A stretch of 64,000 nt of DNA from Marsupella aquatica (Eukaryota; Plantae; Marchantiophyta): assembly GCA_973895155.1 (NCBI GenBank), contig OZ316896.1, forward strand, positions 21,024,152-21,088,151, written 5' to 3'. The notes beneath the pieces are model-generated. The model was not told the DNA's origin and made no database searches. It was given only the letters and a program-made list of their open reading frames with translations. The translations under genes and the position numbers were made by a program. Positions 60,157 through 64,000 of the stretch are shown piece after piece. Each line of letters opens with the position of its first letter. The stretch's first letter is position 1.

Positions 60157-63100
60157 ATTTGCTGCCTCAGTTTCAAGTTCTCTCGCTCGAATACGTCCTG
60201 AACGTCCCTCGTATGCTCTCTCTGTGTCTCTTCTCTCTCCCTATCGCTCTGTTATACAAACAATTGCGCTCAAACTCACTCTTCCGACGCAATTACAGTC
60301 TTCTTCTCAATTCCTGGTCCACTCTACTTTTTCTGTACAGCCAGGAACAATTCGGCGACCTTTGGCACTCCTAGGAACTCACGCTTGCACAATGCTCGCC
60401 CCGGATACAACTTTCAGCGACCACAAATCCGATGTCAAGCCTACTTCTCTCTGGGACAAATTCTCTCTCCTCACTTCTCTCGTTCCCGTTCTCCGCTTAT
60501 TCGCCGCTTTCTTCAGAACAGAACAGACAAATTTCGCTTCCGTCCACCTCACCCCAAGAACTCACTCAATCAACCTTCTCAAACATCTCGCCGCAGCAAT
60601 CAATCAATCAATCAATCTTTCCTCCGGCGCCTCCTCGACTCCCCCGCGGTGGCATGAATCAACAAAACTATCGAGAAACCAAAAATCTCTTCCCCTCCTT
60701 CACTCTTCAATCAATCCCACAATCTCCCGCTTCGCCGTCTCCCTTCCCACCTTTCTAATCTCTCTCTCTCGTGCCCTCACTCCGTTTGTCTTTCTGCCGA
60801 ATTGCCTCTTCCCCGCCTTGCAAGGCGTCCGACGCGTTCTCTTCGTGGCTGAGCTTCTTCGTCTTCGTCCTCGCGACTCGTGAGGCTCACACCGCTTGTA
60901 GTGCTCTGGAATGGGCTTTTCCTCCACTACTACTGCTGTATAATTTTAGTCTGCTCTACTTCTTCACCATCGCCGCTACATATATATATTTAGCCGAGAG
61001 CTCCATCGGGCCCTCGGACTCCTCGTACTCTCACTGTAGTCCCCCCACTCAACCGTACCTCCTTGTTCTACTCTACTGTAGTTGCGCAAATTGGGATTCG
61101 CCGAGGCCGAGGCGGGCCAGGGCCCGGAGAGCAGTGGGGGCGCCACCTCACTGGCCTCCGGCCCTTTCGGGCCTACATGCTCCGGTCCAGAACTCCGGTC
61201 CTGGCCACGGCCCCCAATGCTTATGCATGGTGATGTGCATCCCGCCTACCAGAACGAGTATCAGACTGTACGTACCAATTACCATCCATCATGGTGGATG
61301 GCCCCTGGTGCCCTGACATGGGACCCTGGCGACATGTTACGTCCATAATCGATTAATCGGTGACTGTTTTCATCAGCTTATTATTGTCGCGACATTTCTT
61401 TTTAGGACGGTGTGCTCGGATGTTTTGTGACGATCCAATGCGCGTCACTCTTGCGCTTCACCAGGCTCTTTGGAGACCTCTTTTCACTTTATTTGAGTAA
61501 AGTTAATGGGTATCGAAGACGGTCTAAATTGATCCATGTGATCAAATTAATCTCACCTCTCAAGTCAAGTAACTCAACATCCATAATTAGATGCTTGGAG
61601 TCCATTTTGGGTAACTTTAGTATGAAAACATGCTAACTGAATTTTAGATTGGACCCATACTTGACTAATGTAGCATCTTATTCATGCTTGGTTAATTTTA
61701 GCAGCCAGCATACCCATGCTCTGTGCATGTGAGACCCTAACCTTGTGTCATGGACATAGATGACGAACTAGCATTAAATACAGACGCAATAGTTGTCTTC
61801 TAGTCTTGAAGGTCGGATTACTGCGATTGAATGTTGCTCGACATTTCCTCCCTTTCAGCCATCGGATTAACCCCATGTAAAATGAACTGAACATGGACTC
61901 ATGCTAAAATTAACCGAGCAAAAATCGTCTTCAAACTGATACATTGACCCATGGTAAAGTTGGCAGGGGCATAGGTCAACTGCTAGAGTTAACTGGGCAA
62001 TACCAATGACCAACTTTCTATATTTCTTTGCTTTTAACGGCTTTTGCATTCAAGCACGTTGGAGAGTACTATATTTGGAGAACCAACTGGGAGGTGTTTG
62101 AGGTCTGAGTTGAGACAAACTATTGCCCCCTCCCTGATGGGCCCATGTAGGTCTTCGTTTGGTATAAGTAGCTCATATCACGTTTTTCTTAGGTTTTCCT
62201 TGGTCCTCTCTACATTGTTTACCCTAATTTAAGTTTGGGCCTGGTTTCAATAGAAAATAACTCTAGTTGTGGTGTGTTTTGGGCTATGACTACTAAGTGT
62301 TCCAATTCCACTAACGTGAGTAATTCTCATTTGTCAAGCAGTGCTGGTGATTGTTTGGTAAGAAGTGTAGCCAAGTTGAGTGTAGTCTTCTTGAGGCTGT
62401 GTTCCTTTAGTGTAACATTTCTTCTTCTAGTGATCTAGGGAGCTAACAGGCTCCATCTGTTCCTTAGATATTAGAGGTCAGGGAGCAATACCTTTGGATT
62501 GAATTGGAACACTCCATTCCTTGAGTTAAGCATTCACCTTTGAAATGTGCCTCCCTAATTATTTCAACTGATTTTGCTTGAGGGCTACATTACTCTCCAA
62601 AGTGTTATGCACAAACTGAATTACAGTAGTAAATTACCAGTTACTCTCTAGATAGTGTTATGCACAAACTGGATTGGTATTACACTATTGTTACTTATTG
62701 CGCACAATTAGTGTTAGTCTATAGTTAGCATTGGTGATGTTAATTGAAAAGTAAACCCAAAAAATAGGCTACCAACAAATATTACCCAAGACTAATTGCA
62801 GTGAACAGTGTGGACCTGTCCTCCTCTCGTGCTTTGTTGGCCCCTTTTCACTTAACTTGTTGTCTAAGTTTGTTTTCTTTAAAGGAGAAATCACCCTTAA
62901 AAGATAATTAATCTAAAAAGAATGTAGTGAATCTCACTTGGTTATTAACTTGACTAAACAACGTAAACCCCAAACCTTGGCCCTCCCACTGCCCAAACGA
63001 AGGGACTTAAATCCAGTGCTCATGTTTGCTAGAAAGATTCTCCCCTGTGGGCTCCATCAACTAATGTATATGCAACATTGCCTTTTGGTTTCACAATAGT

Positions 63101-63720
63101 GAAGTCTCATGGCCAGTCGCAGTTTGTTGCGGACATGAATCCCATATTGTGGAGGACCGGATCCCCATGGCTTTACAGTAGTGGGCTAAGAGGGTCATCA
63201 GCCATTGAATGTGTTTACTGCATTTTAAGTCCATGCATTCAAACGATCCAAGTGAATTAATTAATGCGATCCCCTTTCGAGCCACTTCTGGCCCAATGGA
63301 ACGATCCAAGCATCCAACCGTGCCAGACACTGCCAACGCTGATGCCTGCTTTTCGTGGATCCAAGTCAGTGACTTGAGTTAGTGGGGGTGGGTGCACCGG
63401 GGGTAAGTGTGGCCTTGACACCTGTAAATTGAGTGACTCACGCATGTAACGCCAAGACTTTGTCACCTTCCTCCCACCTGAAAATTGTGCGAAGCATCGA
63501 GGACTTGTGTCATTGTGTGCGGATACCTGCCAAATTTTATTTTAAAAACACCTCCAAATGTAGGGCCCGTAAGCTATTCATCCATACAGCCATTCCCTTG
63601 GGTCCTTGGCCCATGTCCCCATATTCCAACTCCATGTCAATTATATTCCCAACCCCATCCTGTCCACCTTCGACATCCAAGTTGCATCAGTTTCACTAGG
63701 AATTGGCAGCAAAGACTTAT

Positions 63721-64000
63721 TAGGGCATCTCAAACTTCAATAGATGGGGATTTTTAGTCGGGCCAAGAGTTCATGGTGTGGGGTTGTCTTTGGTGGGGAG
63801 GCACCATATTGTGGGCCTGGAGCCCAGGTTTAAATTTCCCAGCATGAGATGGGAACGAAAATAGGCATTCCCCATGACTGTTGGTGGGCATGCTTTTAGG
63901 GGTCTCTTGGAGCCATCCTAAGGTAAGTGAGGTGAATGAAATCATTTGCTTGATGGATCCCCAAAACCAAGTTTTCCCCAACAACCTGCCCCATGAGATT
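63721..64000. repeat. Dispersed repeat or TE fragment at the window end
   Basis: Starts TAGGGCATCTCAAA (MITE family-1-like TIR). Positions 63951-64000 resemble 37272-37320 (TGATGGA-CCC-AAACCAA-GTTTT...CCCCATGAGA). Confidence 0.5.

Noticed and set aside
60134-61316. 249-aa and 181-aa plus-strand ORFs upstream of APL
   Set aside because: They are antisense to the CT/GA-rich 5' UTR and promoter of APL, low-complexity, and have no recognisable domain.

Overview
Eukaryotic land-plant nuclear DNA. The long UTRs, gene architecture and RI-type LRR gene suggest a liverwort or other bryophyte, but this is inference. Six protein genes are supported: the 3' part of an ABCF1-type soluble ABC ATPase (+), an intronless RI-like LRR protein with an unrecognised C-terminus (-), an 8-exon ALG2 mannosyltransferase (+), an intronless CERK1/LYK-type LysM receptor kinase (+), an intronless alpha-amylase with a probable plastid transit peptide (-) and a 15-exon ADP-glucose pyrophosphorylase large subunit (-). 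The window also holds a full-length but decayed Ty1/copia LTR retrotransposon (21380-28070, with TSD, PBS and PPT), three MITEs, several tandem arrays and pseudogene remnants. The most interesting signals are five tandem SGxL (RLCK-VII-type SxxL) motifs in the LysM-RLK juxtamembrane region, a dense GTAC/SBP-site cluster upstream of the amylase, and the LRR protein that lacks the expected Roc-COR module. No new biological system can be demonstrated from sequence alone.
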